A stretch of 64,000 bases of DNA from an uncultured Alphaproteobacteria bacterium. GTDB lineage: Bacteria > Pseudomonadota > Alphaproteobacteria > Rhizobiales > Xanthobacteraceae. The stretch spans positions 3,662 through 67,661 of the forward strand of contig CAVSXY010000013.1 in assembly GCA_963732015.1 (NCBI GenBank). Direction: 5' to 3'. The notes beneath the pieces were generated by a model, which was not told where the DNA came from, ran no database searches, and was given only the letters and a program-made list of their open reading frames with translations. Positions 41,317 through 52,398 of this stretch are shown in pieces. Position numbers and translations under genes: made by a program. Numbering within the stretch: the stretch's first letter is position 1; every line of letters begins with the position of its first letter.

Positions 41317-42850
41317 TTACACGACCGGAGTCGAATCCCCGCCCTGCCCCGCAGGCAGCCGATAAAGTTCGCCATATTTGCCGCGCAGATATTTCAGATG
41401 CGGCTGCATCGTCATCACCTGCCCGGTCGCGCGCTCGACGATCTCGGTAGGTTTGAGTTTGCTGCCGTGCCGGTAAATGGTCTCGCGCAGCCAGCCGTGC
41501 AGGGTGCCGAATTCGCCGCGGGCGATGTCGTCGCGGATGTCGGGATGAGCCTTTAGCGCAGCAGCGTAAAACTGCGCGCCCAGGATGTTTCCGATCGTGT
41601 AGCTGTGAAATTCCCCGCCGATGTTGCCTTGGTACCAATGCACATCCTGCAGGCAGCCGTCGCGATCGTCGTTCGGCACGATGCCGAGATCGGCCTGCAT
41701 CGCCGCACGCCACGCCTCCGGAAGATCCTTCACGCGAAGCTTGCCCTCAAGCAGTCGTAGCTCAAGATCGAAGCGCAGCATGATGTGCAGATTGTAAGTG
41801 ACCTCGTCGGCGTCGGTGCGAATGAGAGACCGCGCTACCTTGTTGATGGCGCGATGGAACATAGTCGAGCGGAACGCGCGTCAACTGATCGGGAAAGACC
41901 TGCTGGAGGCGCGGATAGAAATGCTGCCAAAAGCCGCTGCTTCGAGCGACGACGTTCTCCCACAGCCGCGACTGGCTTTCATGCACGCCGGCCGACGCGC
42001 CGCGGCCGAGCGGCGCGTCGCCGAGCGACGGGCTGATGCCTTGTTCGTACATGGCATGGCCCGCCTCGTGCAGGGTCGAGAACAGCGCATCGCCAAGGTC
42101 ACGCTCGTTGACGCGCGTGGTGATGCGGACGTCTCCCGCGGAGAAGCGGGTGCAGAACGGATGATGCGTGAGATCGAGCCGGCCGCGCGCGGTGTCGTAG
42201 CCGAGGCGTTTTGCGACATAGAGGGAGAAATCGAACTGGGCCTGTTTTGGAAAAATCTGCCGCAGGCAGGAATCGTCGGCCGCCGGCTGATCGCAGATCG
42301 CATTCACCATCGGCACCAGCTCGCGGCGGAGTTCATCGAAAAGCTTTTTGATCGACGCGGTGGTCATGCCCTCGTCGGCGTCGTCGATGTGGGGATCGGC
42401 AACGTGCCGGTACGGCGCGAAGTAGCCGGAATATTCCCGGCTCAGCTCGATCGTCCTTTCAAGGAACGGAATCATGGTGGCAAAATCGTTCGCCGGCCGC
42501 GCCCGGATCCACGCGTCGTAAGAGGCCGCGCCGTGCGCGTTCGAACGCGCGACGAAATCCGGCGGCACCTTGATGGCCTTCTCGTAGCGGCGGCGCGAGA
42601 CGCGGATCAGCGCCGCGTCGTCGGACTCATACGGCAGACGTTCGCCATAGGGCGTCAGCGCGTCGATGAGCCGGCCGAGCTCCGGAGCGACCGCGCGCTC
42701 ATGCGCCAGGCGGTAGAGCACCGAAGTCTGGCGACCGCGCGCCGCTCCGCCGCCTTCCGGCATGTAGGTCGCCTGATCCCAGGACAAGACGTAACCAGCC
42801 GAGCGCAGATCGCTGATCTCGCGCAGCCGGACTTTCAGCTCCACAAGCAT
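41317..42850 (-). pseudogene. M32 (Taq-type) metallocarboxypeptidase, one frameshift near 41870
   Basis: MLVELKVRLREISDLRSAGYVLSWDQATYMP...HEAGHAMYEQG (HExxH)...GVHESQSRLWEN / ...MFHRAINKVARSLIRTDADEVTYNLHIMLRFDLE...DVHWYQGNIGGEFHSYTIGN. Confidence 0.85.
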
Positions 42851-43005
42851 CGCTTCGGGCGAGCGCCGTTTGCGGCCTGGTTGCTTCGCGGCGGACCTCT
42901 TCCTTGCGGCGAGCGTTGGCCTGTGGACTGCCGCCGTGCGCTTACGAGTTTTTGGCATAAGGGTACTTCGGGCAACGTGGCTGGCGATTTTCGATGAGCT
43001 GGCGA

Positions 43006-43854
43006 CTAACCCTTCTTCGGCGACCAACGATACGCTTTGGCGCACGCGCCGCCCATCAGGGTCGCTCGCTCACTGTTGCTCAAGCGGTCAGTGGTGAGGA
43101 AGGGCTCGGTGGCCTGCTCGTAATTGACGACAGCGTATGCGCGTGTCCAGTCCGTACCCCACAGGCAGCGGTCGAAACCCCAGGCATCGAATACGCGGGC
43201 GAGCGGATCCCAGATGTCCGGGAAAGGATACGGCTTCTGCGACAGCGTGCAGGCGCCGCTCACCTTGATGACAGCGTTCTTGCGCTTGGCGAGGTCCAGC
43301 ACCTTCGGCAGATCGGCCCACGGCTGCGGCGGCGCGGGCGGCGAGCGGGGCTGCAGGATCGCCAGATGGTCGATGATGAAGCGCGCATCAGGGTGACGGT
43401 CGATCAGCGTCGTACCGGCATCGATGTTGCCCCAGCATAGGAGGTTGATTGGGAGGTCGTACTTGATGGCCGCGCGCGCGATGCGGTCGAGGCCGGGATC
43501 ATCCGGCGCGCGGTCGCGGCCCGGCTCCTTCGTCAACATGATGCGGATGCCGACCGCGCCCGGCGTCCGCTTCCAGTCGGCGACGACATCGTCCACGGCC
43601 TGATCGTCGGGGTCGACCGGTTTGACGATGCCGAACCGGCCGGGATGCGCTTTTTGAACTTCCACCGCGTAGCTTGCATCGTAGCGGTACATGGAAAAGG
43701 CGGAGATAAAGATCGCGCCGTCGATGCCAAGCTTGTCCATCGCCACCACCGTCTCGTCACCGGTGGCGTGAGCGGGCCAGTTCGGCACCGTGTGCCACGG
43801 CCGCTTCGGCGCGTTGGCCTCATAAGCATGGACCTGGGAATCGATGATCGTCAT
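43006..43854 (-). CDS. Amidohydrolase_2-type metal-dependent hydrolase
   Basis: MTIIDSQVHAYEAN...FIIDHLA...LWGTDW. The 651-aa track ORF is trimmed: its upstream part overlaps the TctC gene in another frame. Confidence 0.8.
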   Translation of the reverse strand: MTIIDSQVHAYEANAPKRPWHTVPNWPAHATGDETVVAMDKLGIDGAIFISAFSMYRYDASYAVEVQKAHPGRFGIVKPVDPDDQAVDDVVADWKRTPGAVGIRIMLTKEPGRDRAPDDPGLDRIARAAIKYDLPINLLCWGNIDAGTTLIDRHPDARFIIDHLAILQPRSPPAPPQPWADLPKVLDLAKRKNAVIKVSGACTLSQKPYPFPDIWDPLARVFDAWGFDRCLWGTDWTRAYAVVNYEQATEPFLTTDRLSNSERATLMGGACAKAYRWSPKKG

Positions 43855-44021
43855 CGGGGGAGGCTCCTCACGTCTCGATAGAGTTCGGTATCGCAACAGG
43901 TCGCGCCAGCCGTGTCCAGGACCCTCGGGGGCGAGCCGTTCGCGGCTTCCGCCATGCCGGCGGCGGCCGAAAAACACCCGCTCGATGTAAATCTCCGCTG
44001 CGATGCCGCCGGCGAAGTCTA

Positions 44022-44996
44022 TTATTGCCCTGTGGCTCCGGCTTTCTTGATGATCGGAACCCACTTGTCGATTTCCGACTTCAGAAATGCCTGCAATGCA
44101 GCGGGCGTCGCGCGTTCCGACGCCACTGTCTGCGCACCCGAGCCGGCAAGGCGGCTTTTCACATCGGGGTCCTGCAGCGTCTGCTGAAGCGCTTTCGACA
44201 GTTGCGCGATGATCGGCTTCGGCGTGTCTTTTGGCGCGTACATTCCGAACCAGACCGTAATCTCGAAGCCCGAAAGGCCAGCTTCCGAAGCCGTCGGCAA
44301 ATCCGGGAACGCGGCGAGCCGCTCCTTGGTGGTCACAGCATAGGCCTTGATGTTGCCCGCCTTCACGGCCGGCCCGACATTTAAAGTCTGGTCGCACATA
44401 AAATCGAACTGTCCGCCCATCAGATCGGTCAGCGCCGGTCCTGTTCCCTTGTAGGGCGCGCCGGTGACAGTCGTTTCGATCGTATTGAAGAACAACAGGC
44501 CGCACAGATGCGAGGCCGAACCGACGCCGGCGAAGCCGTAGGTGAGCTTGTCCTTGTTCTCCTGCACATAGGACACGAATTGCCTGAAATCCTGTGCGGG
44601 GAAATCCTTCCTGGCCACGAACGCCATGGCCAACTCGGCGATGATGCCGATCGGCTCGAAGTCTTTGACTGCGTCGTAGTGCAGATCGGGGTAGAGCGCG
44701 ATGTTGGCCGCGTGGCCGAAATGCATCACCAGCAGGTAGTGCCCGTCCGGCGGCTCGCCCGCTACTTTTGCTGTACCGATCGTGCCGCCGGCACCGCCCA
44801 GGTTCTCGACGACGACTTGTCCGCGAAGGTACTTGCTGAGCCCCTGCGCCGTGATGCGCGTGATCACGTCGCCCGGTCCGCCCGCTGCATACGGCATCAT
44901 CACCGTCACCGGCCTGTTGCCGGGATAATCCTCTGCCGATGCCGAGGTGGCGAGAAGGCATCCCACGGCGGCGATCGTATTGAAAATCTTAGACAC
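44022..44996 (-). CDS. TctC/Bug-family binding protein
   Basis: MSKIFNTIAAVGCLLATSASA, then EDYPGNRPVTVMMPYAAGGPGDVITRITAQGL. Confidence 0.85.
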   Translation of the reverse strand: MSKIFNTIAAVGCLLATSASAEDYPGNRPVTVMMPYAAGGPGDVITRITAQGLSKYLRGQVVVENLGGAGGTIGTAKVAGEPPDGHYLLVMHFGHAANIALYPDLHYDAVKDFEPIGIIAELAMAFVARKDFPAQDFRQFVSYVQENKDKLTYGFAGVGSASHLCGLLFFNTIETTVTGAPYKGTGPALTDLMGGQFDFMCDQTLNVGPAVKAGNIKAYAVTTKERLAAFPDLPTASEAGLSGFEITVWFGMYAPKDTPKPIIAQLSKALQQTLQDPDVKSRLAGSGAQTVASERATPAALQAFLKSEIDKWVPIIKKAGATGQ

Positions 44997-45289
44997 GTTT
45001 CCCTCCCCCCCTTATGGGTACGCGCAGTCGTATTTTTCTTGTTTTGAGCGCGTTCGATTTTCAAACGCTGCCATTCCATTCTACGCGAACGGCCCGTGAG
45101 GCGGATTGAAAAAAGTATGGCAAATGAGGTTGGCCAAAGGTTAGCTTAAGTGCCATTCGCTGCCGATTGACGCCACCGCAGGCACGTCCGCTTATCCCCC
45201 AATTTCGGATGCCGGGCCCGCGAGTTCGCTGCGGTAGCTCGCTATACTCGGTGCCGACTGAAACGAATAATAGCCGTGGGAGGACAATC

Positions 45290-46063
45290 ATGCATGCAAG
45301 GGACATGTTGGTACTGGCGGTGCTGTCGGCGTCATGCGCCGTGCCGATCCAGCCCGCCTATGCGGAGACATTTATTGAAAACAGTGCCGAGGTACGTCTT
45401 CAGCTTGATTTGCAGGTTTCCGATAGCTCGATCAAGAAGGTGCTGCCGGCCGGGTGGGAAACCGACGTCGCGACCTCGGGCGGCGCGAAAGATTGCAACC
45501 TTCGCATGATCTTCGTCGACCGCGTCGCCATCACTGGTCCTGATGATGCTGCCAAGGGAACGAGCCAATTCGTCTACTTGGAAGTGCCGGTCAAAAATCC
45601 CGCCGCCGGACTTGCCGGCCGCATGGTCATCGCTGGGCTAACCGCAAACCCGAAGGACGCGCCGGGTCCATTCAACGTTTATCAGGCCGCTGCGAGCCAT
45701 CGTATGGATCGAACGACGGCCGCCAAAACCGGCCAACCGGTGGAGATTACCGAAGATTGGGACTTCACCGGCGCTAATGGCGGGCACATGGCGCTTCATC
45801 TGAAGTACGAGCGCGGTATCGCGCGCAAGGGCGGCAGCGAGATCAAGCTATTCTCCGGCGCCGATCCGAATTTCTATCAAATCGTCAGGATCGGCCAGGG
45901 TCTCGACCCGATGCGCAACGTCACGGTACCTGCCCGCGATCTCGTGAAAGAGTTCAGCTACCAGGCTTCCGGTGCTGATCTTGCGCCATTGTTCGACGGC
46001 AAGGAAAAGGTCATCAGCATCAACTCGATCCAGTGGCACAACCGCGCGATCAGCTTGCCGTAA
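45290..46063 (+). CDS. Secreted hypothetical protein
   Basis: RBS gggagga. MHARDMLVLAVLSASCAVPIQPAYA signal peptide. The 257-aa frame is intact. Confidence 0.6.
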   Translation: MHARDMLVLAVLSASCAVPIQPAYAETFIENSAEVRLQLDLQVSDSSIKKVLPAGWETDVATSGGAKDCNLRMIFVDRVAITGPDDAAKGTSQFVYLEVPVKNPAAGLAGRMVIAGLTANPKDAPGPFNVYQAAASHRMDRTTAAKTGQPVEITEDWDFTGANGGHMALHLKYERGIARKGGSEIKLFSGADPNFYQIVRIGQGLDPMRNVTVPARDLVKEFSYQASGADLAPLFDGKEKVISINSIQWHNRAISLP

Positions 46064-46106
46064 CGGCGCCGTCGACGCTCTGTGCAATCGCGGCCGCAGC
46101 CGAGCC

Positions 46107-47877
46107 TCACTCCGCGCGGGCCAGCACCAGGTTCCGCACGCAAAAAATGACCGGGATCACCAGCAGCACGATGACGGTGCCGATGGCTGCGGCCTCCATC
46201 GTCTTCGCGCTCTGAAAAGCCTTCCACATCATCACGCTCAGCACCACGTTGTCGCCCGACTGCAGGATCATCGGCAGCGTGAACTCGCGGAATCCGACAA
46301 TGAATAAGAGCACGAAGCTTGTGGCAAGGGAGGGCCTGATCAACGGCAAGACTACCCGCCGGAGCGTCGTGAACCAAGCTCCTCCGGCGACCGACGAGGC
46401 CTCCTCCAACTCGATATGAATTTGCATGACCCCGGCGCGGGTGAGGCGCGTCGCGACCGACATACGATAGCAATAGGCCAGCACGAGCGCTGCGACCGTT
46501 CCATAAATGCCGATGGGGATCGACAGATACAGCAGCATCCACGCCAAGCCGGCGATGACGGTCGGGATTCCGAGCGAAAGAAAACTGACGAAATCGACGA
46601 TCGACCGGCCGATCATCCGGCTGCGCAAGATGATCCAGGCGAGCACAACGGCGATCGATGTCACGATCACCGCGCTGCCCGCCGCCGACGATGAACGTGT
46701 TGCGGATGGCGAGCCAGAAGTTCGCGTTGGCGAACAGGCCGAGATAACCGGCGGCGCTGGCGGACGGCAGCGCCTTGAAGCTTGGGAAGGCGTAGCCGAA
46801 CAGACTGGCCCAGACGAGAACGAAGACCGGCAAGACGGCGCCGAACACGGCGTACGCCGCAACAAAGATCAGCGCCGGAATACGCCAGCGGCCGAGTTTG
46901 AACGAGACCCGGCGAAAGCCCTTGCCGGTGACGGTCACGAAGCGCTCGGCCTTGCGGACGAGATGGTTGTAGAGAAGCAGAAGAAGAACCCCGATGACGA
47001 GAAAGGGCAGCGCGGTCGCCGCCGCCCGGCCATAGGCGGGCAAATCGGTGTCCGGATTGAGCTCGAAGAAAATTCGCGTGCTGAACACGTTGATGCGGGC
47101 GGGAAAGCCGATCACCAGAGGCGTCTCGAATTGTTCGAGCGTGACCAGCGTGCCGAGGATCAGCGGCGCCAGCAAGCCGGGCCGCAGAACCGGCAAGGTC
47201 ACACGCAGGAACGTCTTGAGCGGACTTGCGCCTGACACATTGCCGGCCTCTTCGAGCGTTGGGTTCATGGAACGCAACGCCGCCGACAACAACAAGAAGA
47301 TGAACGGCACAAGTCCGATGCCCTGGACAAGGATCATGCCGCCCATGCTGAATATGTTGAGCGGACCTTCGCCGCCGCGCCCGAGCATGGCGCGCAGCGC
47401 CACGTTGACCCAACCGGTGTTGGGCGCCAGCAGAAAAATCCAGGTGATCGAAAAAACGATGCCCGGTACCAGCAGTGGAAACAGCACGACGGTGTAGATG
47501 CCGTCGCGCAGCGGCAGGTCCGTGCGCTCGACCAGCCAGGCGAGCGCAAAGGCGATGACGAATGTCAAAGTGACGGAGCCAGCCGTGAAGATGAATGTAT
47601 CGGGAATGATCGACCGGTAGAGATTGGCGTCGAGATAGATCGCCGCCAGGTTCGCAAGCGTCCACTGAGCGCCGGGCTCGAAAGGCAGCAGGTCTTGCGG
47701 ACCCCGGAAGGCTGCAATCAGCAGCATGCTGAGCGGCCCCAGCACCAAGGCAACCGCCGCGACTGACGTCGCGGCCATAAAAGCCCATCCGGCAAGGCCG
47801 ATATCGCCGCGCGACCGGGAGCGTTCGGCGCCAACGCGAAGCGGCCGAAGCCTCGTCGGAAGTACGGCTTCGCTCAT
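46107..47877 (-). pseudogene. Fused two-domain ABC transporter permease (FbpB/iron(III)-type), one frameshift near 46690
   Basis: The first half is in ORF 45958-47880 (two EAA-like regions: ...MNPTLEEAGNVSGASPLKTFLRVTLPVLRPG...). The second half is in ORF 46107-46865 (...ELEEASSVAGGAWFTTLRRVVLPLIRPS...). Confidence 0.8.
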
Positions 47878-48909
47878 CACTGGCCGCGCACGAGCACCGA
47901 GAACTTCTTATAGAAGTCCGCGCGCTGCGCCATCGTCGAGACGTCCTCGAGGATCGTCTTCGACTGGGCGCGGCGGATTTCGCCTGCGATCTTCGATTTC
48001 GAAATCCGCCCGTATGCTGAAGCCGTGGACCGCCTTCTCGCGAAGGGCAAGACCTTCGTCGGTCCCAAGCCAAGCCGCCAGCAGCCGGGCGGCATTCGGA
48101 TGAGGCGCGTCCTTCATGACCGAGACCACGAACTGCACGGCCGGAACGATATCGAGGATGGTGTAGCCCGTCGGCACGCCGTTGTCGGAGTACTGGAACG
48201 ACTGGCTGATGAAATCGCCGACGGCCAGGACGCGCTCGCCGGTCTTCAAAAAGCTCTCGCGCGGCGTATCAACGATCAGCAGCTTCTGATCGTTGATCAT
48301 CGCGCGGCCCCACTTCTCTGTGCGCTCCTCGCCCCACTCCAGCGCCAGGAAACCCATCAGCCGCGAGAACAAAAAATCCTGGCTCACCATCCTGCCCTTC
48401 CATTTCGGATCGAGCAGGTCATCCCAGGCCTTGGGCAGATCGGCTTCCTTGACGAAGTCCTTCGCGTAGAGCGTCGAGTAGACGAAATTGTGGATCGTCA
48501 GCCCTTCGCCGCCGAACGCGATGCGATCAGCCTCGAAGCCGAGTTGCTGCCAGTCGACTTTGGCCAGCAGTCCGCGCCTTTGCACCTCCAACATGCCGCC
48601 GAGCGAGTTTTGCCAGACATCGACCGAATGCCGGTCGGCCCGCGCCTCGGCGATCAACTTGGTCGCCGCCTGAAGATCGCCGGTGCCTTTGACCGCAATT
48701 CCTGGAAACCGTTTTGAAAATTCCGGCTCAATCCAGTCGACCTCCGCTTGTACCGGCCCCCAGATGACGGCTTCGCCTTCCGCCTTGGCCTTCTCATACA
48801 GCGTCCGGATGGCCGGATTGTCCGGCCAACTCACTTGCGCGAAGGCCGGCGCGGCGGCGCACGCCGATACGAGAGCAAGCAGCGCCGCAGCCACCAAACG
48901 ATGAGGCAT
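47877..48909 (-). pseudogene. ABC transporter extracellular solute-binding protein (iron(III)/polyamine-like class), one frameshift near 48000
   Basis: MPHRLVAAALLALVSACAAAPAFA signal peptide. The C-terminus is recovered as ...SKSKIAGEIRRAQSKTILEDVSTMAQRADFYKKFSVLVRGQ. Its TGA overlaps the permease ATG (gtGATGAg). Confidence 0.8.
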
Positions 48910-48957
48910 AACTCCTCCCTGTGTCGCTCTGATTGAGCCGCGATCGGCCGCGCGGCC

Positions 48958-50279
48958 TTATTCAGCCGCGGTGCGCAGCGCGCCGGTCGGATTGACCGAA
49001 TTGCGCATCTCGTTCGAATACGCTTCGAGCCAGCCGACCGACGCAGAAGCGACGAAGTCGCCGCCGCGCGCGCCGTGATAAACCTCCGGATGGTCGACGC
49101 CTGGCGGCACGATGCCGCTCAGCCGCGGCGCGCGCCGCCTGGATGATGCGCCGGCGCGTCCGGCCGATCATGAGATCGCTGATCGCGAGATGCTCGAACG
49201 AGTGATCGACGATCGGTCCCATGCTCTCGGTCATCGCCTGGTCCTGCAGATGGATGCCATCGATGCCGGAGTAGCTGCGCGGTGCGCTGCATGTCGCGGT
49301 CGATCAGGTAGTCGTTCGTCGCATTGGCGGCGAGCCGCCAGCGGCCGTACCAGCCGGTGTCGTTCGGCAGCGTACTTGCGGCCCATGCCGGCGCCGGGAA
49401 TCTGCGCTGCCGTCCTTCATGCTTGCGCAAGCCCGGCGTGTTCTTCTTCCACGACAGATGAACGAACATCGTGTGCGTGTCGTCCATCGGCACCCAGGCG
49501 CGCGCGACGATGTGATCGCGAAACTGCGCCGTCGGGCGGCATCGTCCAGAACGGGAAGAGGAAATGCGCGAACCGCCAATAGGTCGTGCCGGCATCGGCC
49601 GGCCGATAGGCGGCGTACATCGTGCCCCAGTCGGTATCGGCGACATGATATTCGGGCGCGCGGTTCATGATCGCGTAACGGCCGAGATTGTCCGGTCGAC
49701 AACATCGGGCGTCACGCCGCCGACATGCAGAAAGCCGAAATGCGATGTGTCGATGTCGCCTTCCAGCGCCTGCAGCCAGTTGCACTCGCGCTGGACAAAG
49801 AACACGTTGGTCTGCGTCTTCGGGCAGCAGTACGGGCTCGAAGCTGGGCAGCGGCGGCGGCGTCTCGCGCCGTCCCATATAGGTCCAGATCAAGCCGTTG
49901 CGTTCGAAGACTGGATAGCTCTTGGCCTTGACCTTCTGCGGAAAGGCGTGGTGCGGCGGCACGTTCGGCATGTCGAGGCAATTGCCGTCGACGTCGAATT
50001 TCCAGCCGTGATAGGCGCAGCGCAAGCCCTTCTCTCGTTGCGGCCGAAGAACAGCGAGGCACAGCGGTGCGGGCAGCGGTGATCCAAAATGCCGACGCGG
50101 CCGCTCGTGTCGCGAAAGGCGATGAGCTTCTCGCCGAGCAGCATCAGCCGCATCGGGTCGCCGTCGGCTTTGAGTTCCGACGACAGCGCGGCGGGGATCC
50201 AGTATTCGCGCATCAAGTCGCCGACCAGCGTCCCCGCGCCGACCTTCGTGAGAATTTCACTGTCTGACGCACTGGTCAT
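48958..50279 (-). pseudogene. Rieske [2Fe-2S] aromatic-ring-hydroxylating oxygenase alpha subunit, at least 4 frameshifts
   Basis: ...FRDTSGRVGILDHRCPHRCASLFFGRNE / LRCAYHGWKFDVDGNCLDMPNVPP (CPHR...C.YHGW Rieske motif) / ...RAPEYHVADTDWGTMYAAYRPADAGTTYWRFAHFLFPFWTM / ...MTESMGPIVDHSFEHLAISDLMIGRTRRRIIQAAR / ...VPPGVDHPEVYHGARGGDFVASASVGWLEAYSNEMRNSVNPTGALRTAAE. Confidence 0.75.
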
Positions 50280-50333
50280 GGACCGACCTCCCGATCACAG
50301 GGCGATTATGTTTCGCGTCTGTCTAGGCCTGTG

Positions 50334-51376
50334 TCATCGACTGACGGAATTCGCGGCGATACGTTCTGCTTCGATCAGCATCCAGATCGGGGCGAGCGCA
50401 ACCATTGTCATGTCGCCGGTGACGTATGTCTGTTTGAAGACGAGACCGCCCTGGTCGGCGAACCATACCTTATAATCACCCCTCGGGTTGGCATAGGTGA
50501 GTGCGTCGTCCGAAATTAACGCGGTAAATGGAACAGCCTCCGCCGGATTTTGGATGCGGCTGTTCGGTGCGGGCGGACCGCGCACGGTCCAGCCGCCGGC
50601 TAGACCCTGCTTTTCGACGTGGGTCACCATGAACATGAACTGACAATTCGTGTTCACGAAACCCTTGTCGCTGACCCAGATGCCAACAAAACGCCGGATC
50701 GCGTTCGGCACGTTGTCATCGGGCGTATCGAACTGAAATTTCGGCAGCGGAAGCTGCTTGCGGCGAGCAATCTCGGCGATGCGCCTGGCGTCGCTTTCGG
50801 TGAAAAGCCTGTTGAGTGCGGAGGACGGTACGGGTGCGGGCTTAAAATCAAGAGAAACAGCGTATTCCGTGGTGCGTTCGTACAAAACGAAGGCGGCCAC
50901 AGCGACGCAAAGAACCGCAACTGCGGCAATGCCGGCGTTTCGTTTCCATGCACTTGTCGCCCGCGGCATATCCCGCCGACCGCCGGCCTCGCCCGCATCG
51001 TCTTGTTGGATGAGATAAGACGGAGCCGCTTCGGCGGCCCGATAATCCGTCGCCTCCCGCGTCCTCGGCTCGGCATCCAGGAGGTAGCCGCGGCGGGACA
51101 CTGTTTTGATGAGGCGGTGGTCCTCGTCGCCGAGCACTTGGCGCAGCCCCGAATGCATTGGACGAGCGAGTCGTCGCTGACAGCGATGCCCGGCCAGACC
51201 GCTTCGTGAAAGTCCTCCTTGAGCACAAGCCGGCCGGCATTCTCCGCAAGCTGCCGCAGCACATCGAACGCCTTGGGCCGAAGGGCCATCTCATCCCCTC
51301 CCGTGCGCAAGGTTCCACGAGCGAGATCGAGCGTGAACCGGTCGAACCACAGGCACCTGTTCCGGATTTGGTCCAC
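50334..51376 (-). pseudogene. ToxR/CadC-like membrane-anchored winged-helix regulator, one frameshift near 51150
   Basis: FDRFTLDLARGTLRTGGDEMALRPKAFDVLRQLAENAGRLVLKEDFHEAVWPGIAVSDDSLVQCI / RQVLGDEDHRLIKTVSRRGYLLD. Then TM segment AGIAAVAVLCVAVAAFVLY and a ~190-aa periplasmic domain. Confidence 0.7.
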
Positions 51377-51585
51377 GCGACCCTCCCAGTCCGCGCTGCA
51401 CGCAAGATTTTAGGGAAAATATCGTCGCTTCGCCACCGATCCGTCAGGACTTTTGCTGTACCCGCGCCTACGGCTTGGTCTGTGCCGGGCGCTGTCTGCT
51501 GTCTGTTGCGCTGAGACATGAGGTCGCACGACACGGCTTGCTGGAATTGGAATGTGACATGGACCACCCCGCATACCTCGGCGGC

Positions 51586-51945
51586 ATGTTGGGCAGACCA
51601 TTGGGAATCTGCGCCCGCCTGTCTGCGTGCATCTTGATTATGTCCATCGTCGTCCTGACGCGCACGATCGCGGCCCCTCCAGACAATCCGGACCCATCGC
51701 TCGGACCGTGGTTCAACAGTCTTGCAGCGCCAGACGGCACCCCGTGCTGCTCAATTGCGGACTGCCGGTCGACAACGGCGCGTCACACTGCGGATGGTTA
51801 CGAAGCAAGGATCGGCGATGCGTGGGTCACCGTACCGTGGGACCGCGTGTTGGCGAGACCCGACAATCCGACCGGCAAGGCCATTGTCTGTTATGCGCCG
51901 CGGACGACAATTGTTTTGTGCTTCGTGCGGCCGCCGGATTCATAG
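51586..51945 (+). CDS. Small secreted CCS-motif protein, paralog A
   Basis: MLGRPLGICARLSACILIMSIVVLTRTIA signal peptide, then ...LGPWFNSLAAPDGTPCCSIADCRS...WVTVPWDRV...GKAIVCYAP...IVLCFVRPP. Confidence 0.55.
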   Translation: MLGRPLGICARLSACILIMSIVVLTRTIAAPPDNPDPSLGPWFNSLAAPDGTPCCSIADCRSTTARHTADGYEARIGDAWVTVPWDRVLARPDNPTGKAIVCYAPRTTIVLCFVRPPDS

Positions 51946-51983
51946 TTTCACGGCGATGCACCGGCTGTTTGGAGAGGCACACG

Positions 51984-52349
51984 GTGATAAAATTGTCCAT
52001 GTCCGCTCTGGCGCTAGGTATCTTCGCCGCAAGCGCAGCGGCCATGAAGAGGAATGATTTCACGAACGCCTCACCCGTCATTCGTGACTGGTTTCGTTCG
52101 ATGACGTCTCCCACGGGGAAGCTTTGCTGCTCGGAAGCTGACGGCCATCGCACGAATTACGAGATGAGGGGCAACCAATATTGGGTGCCGATCGACGGCG
52201 AGTGGAATCCTGTTCCTCCCACGGCCATCATTCGCGGCACGCGCAGCCCTTTCGGAGACGCGGTCGTCTGGTATCGGCCGGAGTTTAATTATGAGGTGCC
52301 GACAGGCCGTTGGGACATTGTGTGCTTCGTTCCATCGGAAGACGCGTAG
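51984..52349 (+). CDS. Small secreted CCS-motif protein, paralog B
   Basis: RBS ggagagg plus GTG. (M)IKLSMSALALGIFAASAAA signal peptide, then ...IRDWFRSMTSPTGKLCCSEADGHR...WNPVPPTAI...GDAVVWYRP...DIVCFVPSE. Confidence 0.6.
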   Translation: MIKLSMSALALGIFAASAAAMKRNDFTNASPVIRDWFRSMTSPTGKLCCSEADGHRTNYEMRGNQYWVPIDGEWNPVPPTAIIRGTRSPFGDAVVWYRPEFNYEVPTGRWDIVCFVPSEDA

Positions 52350-52398
52350 TCCGGCGTCCGGCGAACGTTGCGGATAGGCCGATAGATGGGCAGTTTGC

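Noticed and set aside
43855-44961. N-terminal 370 codons of the 651-aa ORF that contains the amidohydrolase
   Set aside because: It overlaps the TctC gene (44022-44996) in a different frame with a low-complexity Arg-rich translation. The amidohydrolase homology starts at MTIIDSQVHAY (43854).
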